From positions 2,970 to 66,969 of IMG/VR virus record IMGVR_UViG_3300025010_000055: 64,000 nucleotides of DNA, one strand, 5' to 3'. Numbering within the stretch: the stretch's first letter is position 1; each line of letters begins with the position of its first letter. Origin of the DNA: a virus. The notes beneath the pieces were generated by a model. The model was not told the origin of the DNA and did not search any database. It saw only the letters and a list, made by a program, of their open reading frames with translations. The position numbers and the translations under genes are program-made. Positions 28,087-36,554 of the stretch are shown here, piece after piece.

Positions 28087-28653
28087 TTGAGAAAACCAAT
28101 CATGATCAACACCTCAACCCTGCATTTTCGCCTGTTAGACCTGCAGCAACTGGGTGCCAAAAGCGCCCACCTTGTCGGGTCTGTGACAAAAGGCACTTCT
28201 ACCGAAAAGTCTGACTTAGATATCTTTGTTGTCACCGGGGGCAGTCGCATTGATGACAAATATCTGATGTCGCGTCCGGTTACGGAGTACGAGGGCAAAA
28301 AACTACCCATTGCACGTTCTGACGAAAGAAATTATTTTAACCTGCCATTCCAGCGCGGTTTGGTCAAGAAAGGATGGATAAGTATGTCAGATACAACTTG
28401 CCCGGAGTGTGGAGCCAAACTTCACACTCCTAACCCACTCGAAGAAGTTTTAATCCTGTCAGAAGCTGCGGCAATGTACGGCTTTGCTGATTCTGGAAGT
28501 TTGCGCAAAATAATAATGCGTGGACTCCAGAACCCGGAGAAAAGCAAGTTCAGGCCGGAGGAAATCAGGAAGTCAGAGCCGGGTGGAAACTGGAAAATAC
28601 TCAAATCCGCCATGGACAGAGTTTATCCTGATCGTCTAATCAAAAATACTTAA
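28087..28653 (+). CDS. Minimal nucleotidyltransferase domain in frame with a CxxC and HTH domain
   Basis: LVGSVTKGTSTEKSDLDIFV (GS...DxD); EVLILSEAAAMYG...WKILKSAMDRVY HTH. Confidence 0.65.
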   Translation: MRKPIMINTSTLHFRLLDLQQLGAKSAHLVGSVTKGTSTEKSDLDIFVVTGGSRIDDKYLMSRPVTEYEGKKLPIARSDERNYFNLPFQRGLVKKGWISMSDTTCPECGAKLHTPNPLEEVLILSEAAAMYGFADSGSLRKIIMRGLQNPEKSKFRPEEIRKSEPGGNWKILKSAMDRVYPDRLIKNT

Positions 28654-28702
28654 AAAGCTGTGCTAAAACTAGCATGGCTAATTGCTTTAGGGGGAATCGG
28701 TA

Positions 28703-30100
28703 TTGGTAACAATGCACATCGTAACGCATTTAGAGCGTTACTGCAAAAGATGCAAGAAAAATATCTCCGTGAGGGTGCAAGATTACGGAGAATGTAGTTG
28801 GGAGGAGATGGACGAAAAGCTAGACAAAAGCTTGTATCAGGTTACTAAATCTAAGTGTTCTGGATGTGGGGTCGAGGAGTGGCCTGAGCATATAGTTATG
28901 TACGACATATCCGGCAAGAAAATGCAAGAGATAGTCAAAAAGAAAATAGGATCGGAAGATATGCCAGTTGTTGGTGTTGGCGATGCCCCGTATGCTGTTT
29001 CGCGTTCTCCAGAAGAGGAGTCCGAGTATAATCGCGGTCTGGCGAAGGCTAAGGAAAATTATCTAGAGAAAGCAGAAGAATTCTGGCATGGGTACAATGC
29101 TTTTGCGCTGGAAAAGTGGGCAAGTTTGCTTAAGGATCTGACTGACAAGGAATTTGCTTTTGCTTATGCACAGCTTGGTTTGCCGTTGCCGTCTAGTTCA
29201 GCAGTTATTAGCGTTGCCGCATGGCGAAAGGATGCGGAGAAGTTGCTTAGGACGGAAGAACAACAGTTAGCCTTTTGGCGGGAGGCTAACCGATATATTG
29301 CCGAGGAAGAGTTTATTTGGTCACCTATCGACCAATGGCCCATGGAAGAGTGGATCAAAATGTATGGCCGGGAGCGGGTAACTTACTTAACTCTAAATGT
29401 GCCACTGCCGGAGGAATTGGAAACCTACAGAACTAAAGCACTGGCCAAGGTCATCAAAAAGAGATCCGGTGAGACCGGTGTGCTGTTCATGCGGATCGGG
29501 CAGTTGGGTAAGGAGCTGGACAAACAGCGTAATCGGTCGATGGAGCTATCACGACAACTGCAGCAGGAGAGGCAGGATAGTTCGGCTTTAACTATTCAGG
29601 TCGTGAAATTGAAGCAGGAGATCGCGTCTTTGCGTAATAAACCTGCAGAAGTTATCCGGGATCCTGGCGATGCAAGGAAAATTAAATCCCTTAAGGGGTT
29701 AGTTGTAGAGCTGCGTGCTGAGGTAGAGAGGCTTGCAGGGTTATTGCCGGTTAAAGTTATAATCCAAGAACCAGATTATATAATAGAAGAAACTAAAATT
29801 GAAGTCCAGGAACCTGTCATTAATCTGATCGGCAAGACAGTCCTTATCGTTGGTTGGCCAAGGGAAGCCGTAGATGCTGAATGTCGGATACTATGGCATG
29901 ACGGTGACAGTGTTGATGTGCAGCTGAAGACCCTGACCACGGAGGCAGATATATTTGTTGTGCTAACTCGTTTCATTAGTCATCAGGCCATGTGGTGGTT
30001 GAAGGCGGAAGCGGTAGAGCAGGACAAGAAGATCCTTTTCGTCAGGGAAACCAACGCCGATCGTATTTTGGACATTGCGAGATCATATCTAGCCAGGTGA
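28703..30100 (+). CDS. Zn-ribbon, coiled-coil and C-terminal DUF2325-like domain protein
   Basis: CKRC/CSGC; GKTVLIVG...ADIFVVLTRFISHQAMW. Confidence 0.65.
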   Translation: MVTMHIVTHLERYCKRCKKNISVRVQDYGECSWEEMDEKLDKSLYQVTKSKCSGCGVEEWPEHIVMYDISGKKMQEIVKKKIGSEDMPVVGVGDAPYAVSRSPEEESEYNRGLAKAKENYLEKAEEFWHGYNAFALEKWASLLKDLTDKEFAFAYAQLGLPLPSSSAVISVAAWRKDAEKLLRTEEQQLAFWREANRYIAEEEFIWSPIDQWPMEEWIKMYGRERVTYLTLNVPLPEELETYRTKALAKVIKKRSGETGVLFMRIGQLGKELDKQRNRSMELSRQLQQERQDSSALTIQVVKLKQEIASLRNKPAEVIRDPGDARKIKSLKGLVVELRAEVERLAGLLPVKVIIQEPDYIIEETKIEVQEPVINLIGKTVLIVGWPREAVDAECRILWHDGDSVDVQLKTLTTEADIFVVLTRFISHQAMWWLKAEAVEQDKKILFVRETNADRILDIARSYLAR

Positions 30101-30141
30101 AAGCCTGGTTTTTGTTTCTAAAAATATATCTTTGTATGATG

Positions 30142-30170
30142 TTGGCAACAATATTAAAATAGTGTATGAT
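30142..30170 (+). promoter_or_regulatory. sigmaA promoter, cassette 2
   Basis: TTGGCA-17 bp-TATGAT; palindrome GTTG-G-CAAC over the -35; TGTATGAT twice. Confidence 0.6.
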
Positions 30171-30206
30171 AAATACATCAAATAGATAACGAGAGGGGAT
30201 AATAAA

Positions 30207-30449
30207 ATGCTAGAAATTAGAAATGGCAAGGTTTGTGAAGTAAGCGAGGTAACCGGGAGAATGCTATACAGCAAGGGGCGCATCCTGAGCCAGGGAGCGC
30301 AGCACATCCTAACGAATAACGCATACAAGATAAGCAAGCACTCTGCAAACTACAGGCTTTTCGAGGTGCAGGACGGATGCATCGTGAAGCTTGATCTGAG
30401 ACTTAAGGATAACCGCAAAATCAAATCTCAGCTGCTAGGAGGTAGATAA
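30207..30449 (+). CDS. Hypothetical protein
   Basis: RBS GAGAGGGG; ORF track. Confidence 0.6.
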   Translation: MLEIRNGKVCEVSEVTGRMLYSKGRILSQGAQHILTNNAYKISKHSANYRLFEVQDGCIVKLDLRLKDNRKIKSQLLGGR

Positions 30450-30450
30450 T

Positions 30451-30882
30451 ATGAAATTCAGCAAGCCCGTACAGCAGGTCACTGAAGCAGGAATAGTTTA
30501 TCTTATCCGCACCACTGAGCAGGTTGAGTCAGACCTGCTCGGACTAAAGGAGGCTTACGGAAATATAGCAGACGCTGATTTTTTAGTATATTGGAGAAAG
30601 ATGCTGTCAGCAAAGATTCCAGTTTGCCCTTTGTGCGGTCAGTCTGGCGGGCCAATTCGCCGGACTCGTGACGGTTCGGTAATGGGATGCGACAGGTGCC
30701 TTGAAATCCAGGGACAAAATATAGACCTGGTGGGGGTGAAAGAAGCAGCCGCCATCCTCGGCTGGGACGTTCGCCGGGTAACAACATACCGTAGTCGCGG
30801 AAGTTTCCCTGTGCCGGTCGCAGAGTTGGCCATGGGTCCTTTGTGGACAAAAAGCCAGATCGAGGCGTACAAAAATGGATAG
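30451..30882 (+). CDS. Zn-ribbon plus AlpA/Xis-like HTH protein
   Basis: CPLC..CDRC; LVGVKEAAAILG...FPVPVAELAMGPLW. Confidence 0.7.
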   Translation: MKFSKPVQQVTEAGIVYLIRTTEQVESDLLGLKEAYGNIADADFLVYWRKMLSAKIPVCPLCGQSGGPIRRTRDGSVMGCDRCLEIQGQNIDLVGVKEAAAILGWDVRRVTTYRSRGSFPVPVAELAMGPLWTKSQIEAYKNG

Positions 30883-31264
30883 AATATGCCCGTTCTGTAA
30901 CACTCTCCCAGTATCAAAGCACAGGGGCGTCATAGGCGTCACCTGTGCAAGCCCCGAATGTCTAGCTGAGTACATACGACAAAAACACGCGTGTATGTAC
31001 GAGGTAGTAACTGCAGAAGGTCTGTGCAGGTTGTGCAAAAAAGTCCCTGTTACCGAAGGGGGTATTTGTATTCCCTGTAAAAACAAAAACAAAGAAAGGT
31101 ACGAAAAACACAAGGAACGCCTTAAAAAAGGCGGAAAAATGCAAATATCCATAGATATGCCAGTAGCTTTAATGTACGGCTTTGACAATAAAGCCTACAG
31201 TAATGATAAAACTAGGCAGGAAGCCATGGAGGAAGCATTTTTGGATTATATTTTAAAAAAATAA
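30875..31264 (+). CDS. Zn-finger hypothetical protein
   Basis: Multiple CxxC motifs. Confidence 0.55.
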   Translation: MDRICPFCNTLPVSKHRGVIGVTCASPECLAEYIRQKHACMYEVVTAEGLCRLCKKVPVTEGGICIPCKNKNKERYEKHKERLKKGGKMQISIDMPVALMYGFDNKAYSNDKTRQEAMEEAFLDYILKK

Positions 31265-31288
31265 TTTAAACTTTCTTTGATTTATGTA

Positions 31289-31317
31289 TTGCATTATTCA
31301 GTAGATTCCTGTATAAT
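31289..31317 (+). promoter_or_regulatory. sigmaA promoter, cassette 3
   Basis: TTGCAT-17 bp-TATAAT. Confidence 0.7.
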
Positions 31318-31363
31318 AAGATTCAAGGAAAGCAAATAAAAAACCAGCCGGGAGGGCGAACAA

Positions 31364-31876
31364 ATGAAAAACATCAATCGCAAAGCCATTATGCAGAGAG
31401 CACACGAAATAGCCAAGAAGTGCACAGGCGATTATTATGCAAGGTTGAGTTTGGGCCTCTCCCAGGCTTGGATGGAGGCTAAAAAAGTGGTAAAGGTGAT
31501 TGTAAACACATACAGAGAGTTAATTGGCAAATATACTATTGCCCTGCACGCAAACGGCCAGTTGATAGTGCCGAACAATAGCAAGTTATCAGACAAGGAA
31601 AGAAACATGCTTGTAGCCGCAAAACCCCGCTTAATTGCGGAGCTGAAACTCATCAATAGGGAAAAGGAAGAGGAAGCAAGAAGAAGAATTAACCCTAACT
31701 ACGACGCAAACAGAAAAGCTAAGTTTGACGAAGCTAAGGCAACAGGCGAACCCGTGTTGCTACGTCGCTGGAGTACAGGATGCTGCGACAGCAGGGAAGA
31801 ATGCAGTATGGATATCCACTATGAGTGGGCAATGCCGGACGGAACCACCAAGCACGACTGGAACCACACCTGGTAG
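31364..31876 (+). CDS. Hypothetical phage protein
   Basis: RBS GGGAGG; IMQRAHEIAK...LSQAWMEAK N-terminus; EECSMD..YEWAMPDG C-terminus. Confidence 0.65.
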   Translation: MKNINRKAIMQRAHEIAKKCTGDYYARLSLGLSQAWMEAKKVVKVIVNTYRELIGKYTIALHANGQLIVPNNSKLSDKERNMLVAAKPRLIAELKLINREKEEEARRRINPNYDANRKAKFDEAKATGEPVLLRRWSTGCCDSREECSMDIHYEWAMPDGTTKHDWNHTW

Positions 31877-31936
31877 AAAGCAAAAGTTAGGTCGGGCGGG
31901 TTGCCTGACCTAATAAAATAAAAGGCGGTAAAAACC

Positions 31937-32221
31937 ATGACAGCAATAGAAAAACTCGAAGAAATCGCAACTGAAATAGCTGAGCAACACGCGAACGGAA
32001 TATGCAACCACCACGGATCGTGCGAACTGGTTTATTCGTTCATTCAGTACCTGCAGGCCAAACCGGAAGATATCCAGGACGTTGAGGACTGGATTGACGG
32101 AGATTATGAAGAGCTGTATGACAGAATTTTCTCAGGCAATTTCAATATTGCAGATGCACCAGAAGAACACGTTTCTGACGTGGAACTCTGGAAGAAAATT
32201 GTTGCCGAGACAAATGCCTAG
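31937..32221 (+). CDS. Acidic hypothetical protein
   Basis: ORF track; RBS AAGGCGG. Confidence 0.6.
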   Translation: MTAIEKLEEIATEIAEQHANGICNHHGSCELVYSFIQYLQAKPEDIQDVEDWIDGDYEELYDRIFSGNFNIADAPEEHVSDVELWKKIVAETNA

Positions 32222-33038
32222 AAAGCCACCACCCGTCAACCGAAAGTACAATACGCAGGAGGACGTTGTCCGGGCTCTCAAGAAGTCTGTTGAGTCACTA
32301 GATCATGTACCGTCCCTGAACGAGTACAACAGACTCAACCTGAAACCTCGCATCACAACCATTAGGCGTTTTGGCCTCTCTTGGAGGGAAGCCATACGTC
32401 AAGCAGGATACGAAGTGCTGGAAGTCAATTTCCTCTCAAAAGATGAGATTTTGGAAGAGTTGACTAGGTATTCAAAACTTCGCGAAGGAGTTTTAAACTA
32501 CTCCGTGTACGAAGCAGAGTACAGGGAAAAGGGACTTCCGAGCCCAACCGCAATACTGAACTGTTTCGGCTCATGGCTAGTTGCGGCAAAGGAAGTTGGC
32601 GCCGAAACAGTTAATCAAAGGTGGTATTGCACAGAGAGTGAGCTCCTTGAGCACCTACAGCAGTATCACAAGGAGTTCGATGAAACGCCAAATATGAGAG
32701 CATGGAAGGAATACGCCAAGCAGCGCGGACTTCCTGACAAAGGAGTATATCAAAGAGTTTTCGGTAGCTGGAATGCTGCAGTTGAAAAGGCAGGGCTGAA
32801 ACCGAATACCCTCGCACAAAAGAAGTGGACGCGCGCGGGCGTGATGCGGTCGCTTCAAGAAAACTTCTTGGAAATACCAGACCGGGATGAGTACCTGAAG
32901 CTGAAGAAAGGGAAGAAACATCTGCCTTCGACAACAATTATTGCACATCTTTTCGGGTCTTTCTATGAGGGATTCAAATCTGCAGGCTTTGTCGGTGAGA
33001 AGAAAAAAACCGGGAGACCGAAGAAGGGGGGAAAATAG
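32214..33038 (+). CDS. Homing-endonuclease-associated repeat protein (about 4 repeats, no nuclease domain seen)
   Basis: Repeated P(S)xxxxxxxFG(S)WxxA..AG units; ATG at 32214. Confidence 0.7.
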   Translation: MPRKPPPVNRKYNTQEDVVRALKKSVESLDHVPSLNEYNRLNLKPRITTIRRFGLSWREAIRQAGYEVLEVNFLSKDEILEELTRYSKLREGVLNYSVYEAEYREKGLPSPTAILNCFGSWLVAAKEVGAETVNQRWYCTESELLEHLQQYHKEFDETPNMRAWKEYAKQRGLPDKGVYQRVFGSWNAAVEKAGLKPNTLAQKKWTRAGVMRSLQENFLEIPDRDEYLKLKKGKKHLPSTTIIAHLFGSFYEGFKSAGFVGEKKKTGRPKKGGK

Positions 33039-33260
33039 ATGCCCAGAGGTGGCAAGCGCGAAGGAGCCGGGCGACCGGAAGCAGCAGACAAATTGATCAC
33101 CAAGACCTACAGACTTCTCCAGTCGGACATAGACATATTGGAGAAGTTGGCAGGAAATCAGGGAATAACCGCGTCAGAGGTGATGCGGAATTTAATAAGA
33201 AAAGAGGAAGTGCCTAATGAAACAGAGACTAGAACCGCAAGACCTGGAGGGACTGACTGA
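33039..33260 (+). CDS. RGGKREGAGRP-motif plus RHH DNA-binding protein
   Basis: MPRGGKREGAGRP...KTYRL...GITASEVMRNLI. Confidence 0.75.
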   Translation: MPRGGKREGAGRPEAADKLITKTYRLLQSDIDILEKLAGNQGITASEVMRNLIRKEEVPNETETRTARPGGTD

Positions 33261-33295
33261 AGAGCAGAGAAGTAGAGGTAGGGAGTTGTGGGGGG

Positions 33296-33577
33296 GTGCG
33301 TACAGGCGACTTTTATGTAAAGCATTTTACATTTACCGACACTTACGGTGAAACTCTTGTTGTCACCGAGCAAAATATTAACTATCTCAATCTAAATTCT
33401 GCCGTTCCCCTCTTAAGTATCGGGCAGATGATTGAGATATTACAGAAATCCGGCAAGGTTGAGCATGACCCGCACGAGTCAAACTACTTTAGCGTGCTGG
33501 GGGAAGATTATTTTCTCAGCATACTTGATGGAAAACTTTGTGACGCTCTTTGGTTGGCAGTCAAAAAAATATTATAG
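33296..33577 (+). CDS. Hypothetical protein (start uncertain)
   Basis: PLLSIGQMIEIL...LCDALWLAVKKIL resembles a common phage family. Confidence 0.5.
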   Translation: MRTGDFYVKHFTFTDTYGETLVVTEQNINYLNLNSAVPLLSIGQMIEILQKSGKVEHDPHESNYFSVLGEDYFLSILDGKLCDALWLAVKKIL

Positions 33578-33685
33578 CACTCCTTCGGGGGTGTTTATTT
33601 TTTCGCTATACGATACTTCCTAAACTTACCAAGCAGTTATTTTACTAAAAACACGCATATTCATAAACGTTACTGAATAGCTTTT

Positions 33686-33741
33686 GAGTAACGCATTAAC
33701 GAAGTTAAGAGTAACGCATTAACGAAGTTAAGAGTAACGCA
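33686..33741. repeat. Tandem 23-bp repeat GAGTAACGCATTAACGAAGTTAA x2.4
   Basis: Read directly: 33686-33708, 33709-33731, partial 33732-33741. Confidence 0.95.
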
Positions 33742-33792
33742 AAAAGCAGTAGGGCAATTGTGGCCTTACTGCAAATAAGGTATAATATACCT

Positions 33793-33845
33793 AACAGATC
33801 CTCCCGCGCCTCTTAGCAATGCGTACCAGGGGAGGACATTTTATA
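33793..33845 (+). ncRNA. Candidate small structured RNA (resembles the skipping-rope motif, from memory)
   Basis: Own promoter TTGTGG-17 bp-TATAAT (33758-33786); stem TCCTCCC/GGGAGGA enclosing GCGC..GCGT; T-run after. Confidence 0.5.
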
Positions 33846-33856
33846 TACATAGGAAG

Positions 33857-34039
33857 GTGATTGGTTTGGCAGATTCAAAACTATTTCACGTCCAATTGAC
33901 GGTATTCTGCTCCACCTGTAGTAAATGGGAATACTTAGAAAATAAGAAAACTTTAGAAGCTATTAAAGAGTGTAAATCTAAAGGATGGAAACTAAAAAAT
34001 CGTCAGGATTGGATATGTCCTGACTGTAAACATAAATAA
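33857..34039 (+). CDS. Small Zn-ribbon protein
   Basis: CSTC...KGWK...WICPDC. Confidence 0.65.
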   Translation: MIGLADSKLFHVQLTVFCSTCSKWEYLENKKTLEAIKECKSKGWKLKNRQDWICPDCKHK

Positions 34040-34071
34040 ACGGGCTGGATATGATCCTAGCCCGTTTATTT
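34034..34071. terminator. Bidirectional terminator
   Basis: AAATAAACGGGCT...AGCCCGTTTATTT between convergent ORFs. Confidence 0.8.
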
Positions 34072-34188
34072 CTTTTCTTGAGCGGCTTTCTTGGTTTTAT
34101 CGGCTATATCCTTGGCGGCGCGGTTAATGTCGTAGCTGTCCCTATCATAATTTCTATCCTTATTAGTTTTATCCAACAACTTAAGCAT
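34066..34188 (-). CDS. 40-aa hydrophilic peptide (not in ORF track)
   Basis: RBS GGAGGTG; MLKLLDKTNKDRNYDRDSYDINRAAKDIADKTKKAAQEKK; ends in the terminator. Confidence 0.55.
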   Translation of the reverse strand: MLKLLDKTNKDRNYDRDSYDINRAAKDIADKTKKAAQEKK

Positions 34189-34254
34189 AAAAACACCTCC
34201 AGGCAGTATTATTACCGCTTGGCTGATACATATACTTACCAAGGGGTGGTATTT

Positions 34255-34644
34255 ATGTTTGAGTACGTCAAGCTGCCGGTTGATATGGCCGAGACTTTGA
34301 CAGCTATTTTTACGAAAGCTAAAAAAGTAAATCCGGAAATAACAGAAGAAGAATTCATAGAACGTGCCTTGAAAGAATGGTTGAAGCCATACAAACGGGC
34401 CGAATGCAAGCCGGTACCAAGAAATAGCGTTGCATTGCGTAACCGGCTTAAAAACGCAATACAGTTTTGTGGTAAATCACAAACGCAATTAGCCAAAGAA
34501 GTAGGGGTAAGTAGAACATATTTAGGCCACGTTATAAGCGGCAAGTGTGAGCCATCAGTGGCACTGGCTTTACTAATCACCGAGGCTATTGGGTACCCGC
34601 TTGAAAAACTACATGAAGTGTTTTACTTAGAGCCTGTGGAATAA
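34255..34644 (+). CDS. Regulator with a C-terminal XRE-family HTH
   Basis: SQTQLAKEVGVSRTYLGHVISGKCEPSVALALLI; ATG at 34255 after GGGGTGG. Confidence 0.8.
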   Translation: MFEYVKLPVDMAETLTAIFTKAKKVNPEITEEEFIERALKEWLKPYKRAECKPVPRNSVALRNRLKNAIQFCGKSQTQLAKEVGVSRTYLGHVISGKCEPSVALALLITEAIGYPLEKLHEVFYLEPVE

Positions 34645-34738
34645 TTTACATTCTGCAGGCTCTATTTTTTTGTCATAATGGACAACCAGTAGCTGATACA
34701 TATATAGCACAGGTTTAGATACATTTATTTAGCGGGAG

Positions 34739-35944
34739 GTGAGCGAGATAGGCAAAAAGCAAGAAAACGTCCTGGAGGAGGCCTTTCAGGATATCGGAAA
34801 TAGTTTAAAAACCATGTTCCGTCACAGAGACGGATTAAAGATTAACGGTAAGCGGTATGACAGTATAAAAATCCCTTTTCTCAACAAAACAATTTACCTG
34901 GATAATCATATTCCTGGAGCCATCCTTGACACCATCGACAATCTTAATTTGACAGCAAAGGACGGCAGGAAGCCCGCATTAACCAGTAAAAAACGTACTG
35001 AAAACGGTTGGCACCTAACCTTTAGTTTGCCGCCTGGAATCAGCTTTAACCGGGTTAAGCGGTACCGCGAATATTTTGCTGATGCGGTTAATGGGTGGAT
35101 TGATATTACTTGGAATGGAGCGTTGCAAATGAGTATTCACACAGGCCGATTACCTCAAAAGCTAGCTTATTGCTGGGATCCCGGTGATTATACAAGGCTT
35201 TCACTGCCTATACCGGTTGGAGTGAGTCATGGCGGGCCGGTGGTATTTGACCTAACCGAAAGCCCACATTTGCTTGTTGCTGGTGTGCCCGGCTTTGGGA
35301 AGTCGAATTTTTTGCACGTGTTAATCCATAGCCTACTGCCGGTTGCACAGGTGGCCATCGTTGACCTAAAGAGGTTGGAGTTTGCATATCTGCAGGGCCA
35401 TGCTGCACTTGCCAAAACAGAAGCCGATGCCCTAGCGCTGATGCAGGCGCTTAACAGAGAGATGGAAAAGCGGATCGGCATCCTAGAGGCGGCAGGAGTA
35501 GTAAAAATTCAGGACTATAAAGGCAATGACATGCCTTACATCGTCACTGTAATTGATGAATTGGCAGAAATACGAGATGAAAATATAATGGCACTGATAG
35601 ACCGTATAACCAGGTTAGCGCGGGCCGTAGGCATATCAGTGGTGGCTGCAACACAGAGGCCCAGCACTAAGGTTTTGCCTGGTGATACGCGGGCCATGTT
35701 TCAGGCAAGGATCTGTTTTCAGGTAGCGGATGAGCTAAACAGCAGGATGGTCCTGGGTGAAAGTTGCCCATTAGCTGCACAACTGCCCGGCATAAAAGGG
35801 CGTGCCATCTGGAAATTTGGCATAGAGGAAAAGGAAGTGCAGACTATGTTTCTGCCGCTCAAGCAGGCCAAGAAAATGCTGAATAAAAACCCAGTCAGGA
35901 CGTGGGGCTATGAATATGAGACAAAAAGGCTGCCTCCGAGATAA
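34739..35944 (+). CDS. FtsK/SpoIIIE-domain ATPase
   Basis: PHLLVAGVPGFGKS Walker A, VDLK..EF, VIDE Walker B, RAVGI..VAATQRP. Confidence 0.9.
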   Translation: MSEIGKKQENVLEEAFQDIGNSLKTMFRHRDGLKINGKRYDSIKIPFLNKTIYLDNHIPGAILDTIDNLNLTAKDGRKPALTSKKRTENGWHLTFSLPPGISFNRVKRYREYFADAVNGWIDITWNGALQMSIHTGRLPQKLAYCWDPGDYTRLSLPIPVGVSHGGPVVFDLTESPHLLVAGVPGFGKSNFLHVLIHSLLPVAQVAIVDLKRLEFAYLQGHAALAKTEADALALMQALNREMEKRIGILEAAGVVKIQDYKGNDMPYIVTVIDELAEIRDENIMALIDRITRLARAVGISVVAATQRPSTKVLPGDTRAMFQARICFQVADELNSRMVLGESCPLAAQLPGIKGRAIWKFGIEEKEVQTMFLPLKQAKKMLNKNPVRTWGYEYETKRLPPR

Positions 35945-36554
35945 AGCCGTCCTGGAGGCTATAGAAACAAGGAAAGCGCTTAACACTGACCAGATAGCCG
36001 CACTTCTATTCAAAGATGTTACGCACAGCAGGAGAAAAGCACAGGAGCGACTTCTTAAACTATTCAAAGGCGGGAGGGTGAAGAGATGCAGAACGGCACT
36101 GACAGAGCCCTATTGTTATTTCACGGGAAAAAAGAACGGCAGATTAGAACATCTTTTAGCTTTAAATTGGGTTTACGTATGGTTTACGGTTGGCTTAAAA
36201 GCATGGGAGCTGGTGCACTGCTTTAGTTATGAGGCTAACTATAAAATACTGCAGGCAGATGCGTTTGCCGGGATCCGCAATACAGTCACCGGCAAGTTTA
36301 AGTTTTATTTTGTGGAGCTTGACCGGAGTAGTAACGACTTTGACAAGGTACTGAAATACAATCAGCTGTACCATGACGGCGGGCATGGCGGCCAGTGGTG
36401 GGTTAAGTTGTCTGAGCGCTTTCCTGTTGTACTGGTGGTTACTACTACAGCCAAACGGGCCGCACATATACAGCAGCGGGTAAAAAACGAGAATGCTGCG
36501 GGTTTAGAATTTAAGGTTATATTGCTGGATAAAATCAAGGAGGGGTTACTTTGA
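35910..36554 (+). CDS. Replication-relaxation family protein (wHTH plus PD-(D/E)XK-like nuclease)
   Basis: LNTDQIAALLF...AQERLLKL, H.L, ADAF, FVELDRS, K..KY. Confidence 0.8.
   Translation: MNMRQKGCLRDKAVLEAIETRKALNTDQIAALLFKDVTHSRRKAQERLLKLFKGGRVKRCRTALTEPYCYFTGKKNGRLEHLLALNWVYVWFTVGLKAWELVHCFSYEANYKILQADAFAGIRNTVTGKFKFYFVELDRSSNDFDKVLKYNQLYHDGGHGGQWWVKLSERFPVVLVVTTTAKRAAHIQQRVKNENAAGLEFKVILLDKIKEGLL

Noticed and set aside
33686-33741. 23-bp repeat as a degenerate CRISPR array
   Set aside because: The units are directly contiguous with no spacers
34051-34254. Hydrophobic N-terminal extension of the XRE ORF (membrane-tethered regulator)
   Set aside because: It starts inside a terminator, lacks an RBS and is antisense to a 40-aa ORF with a strong RBS; ATG 34255 fits better
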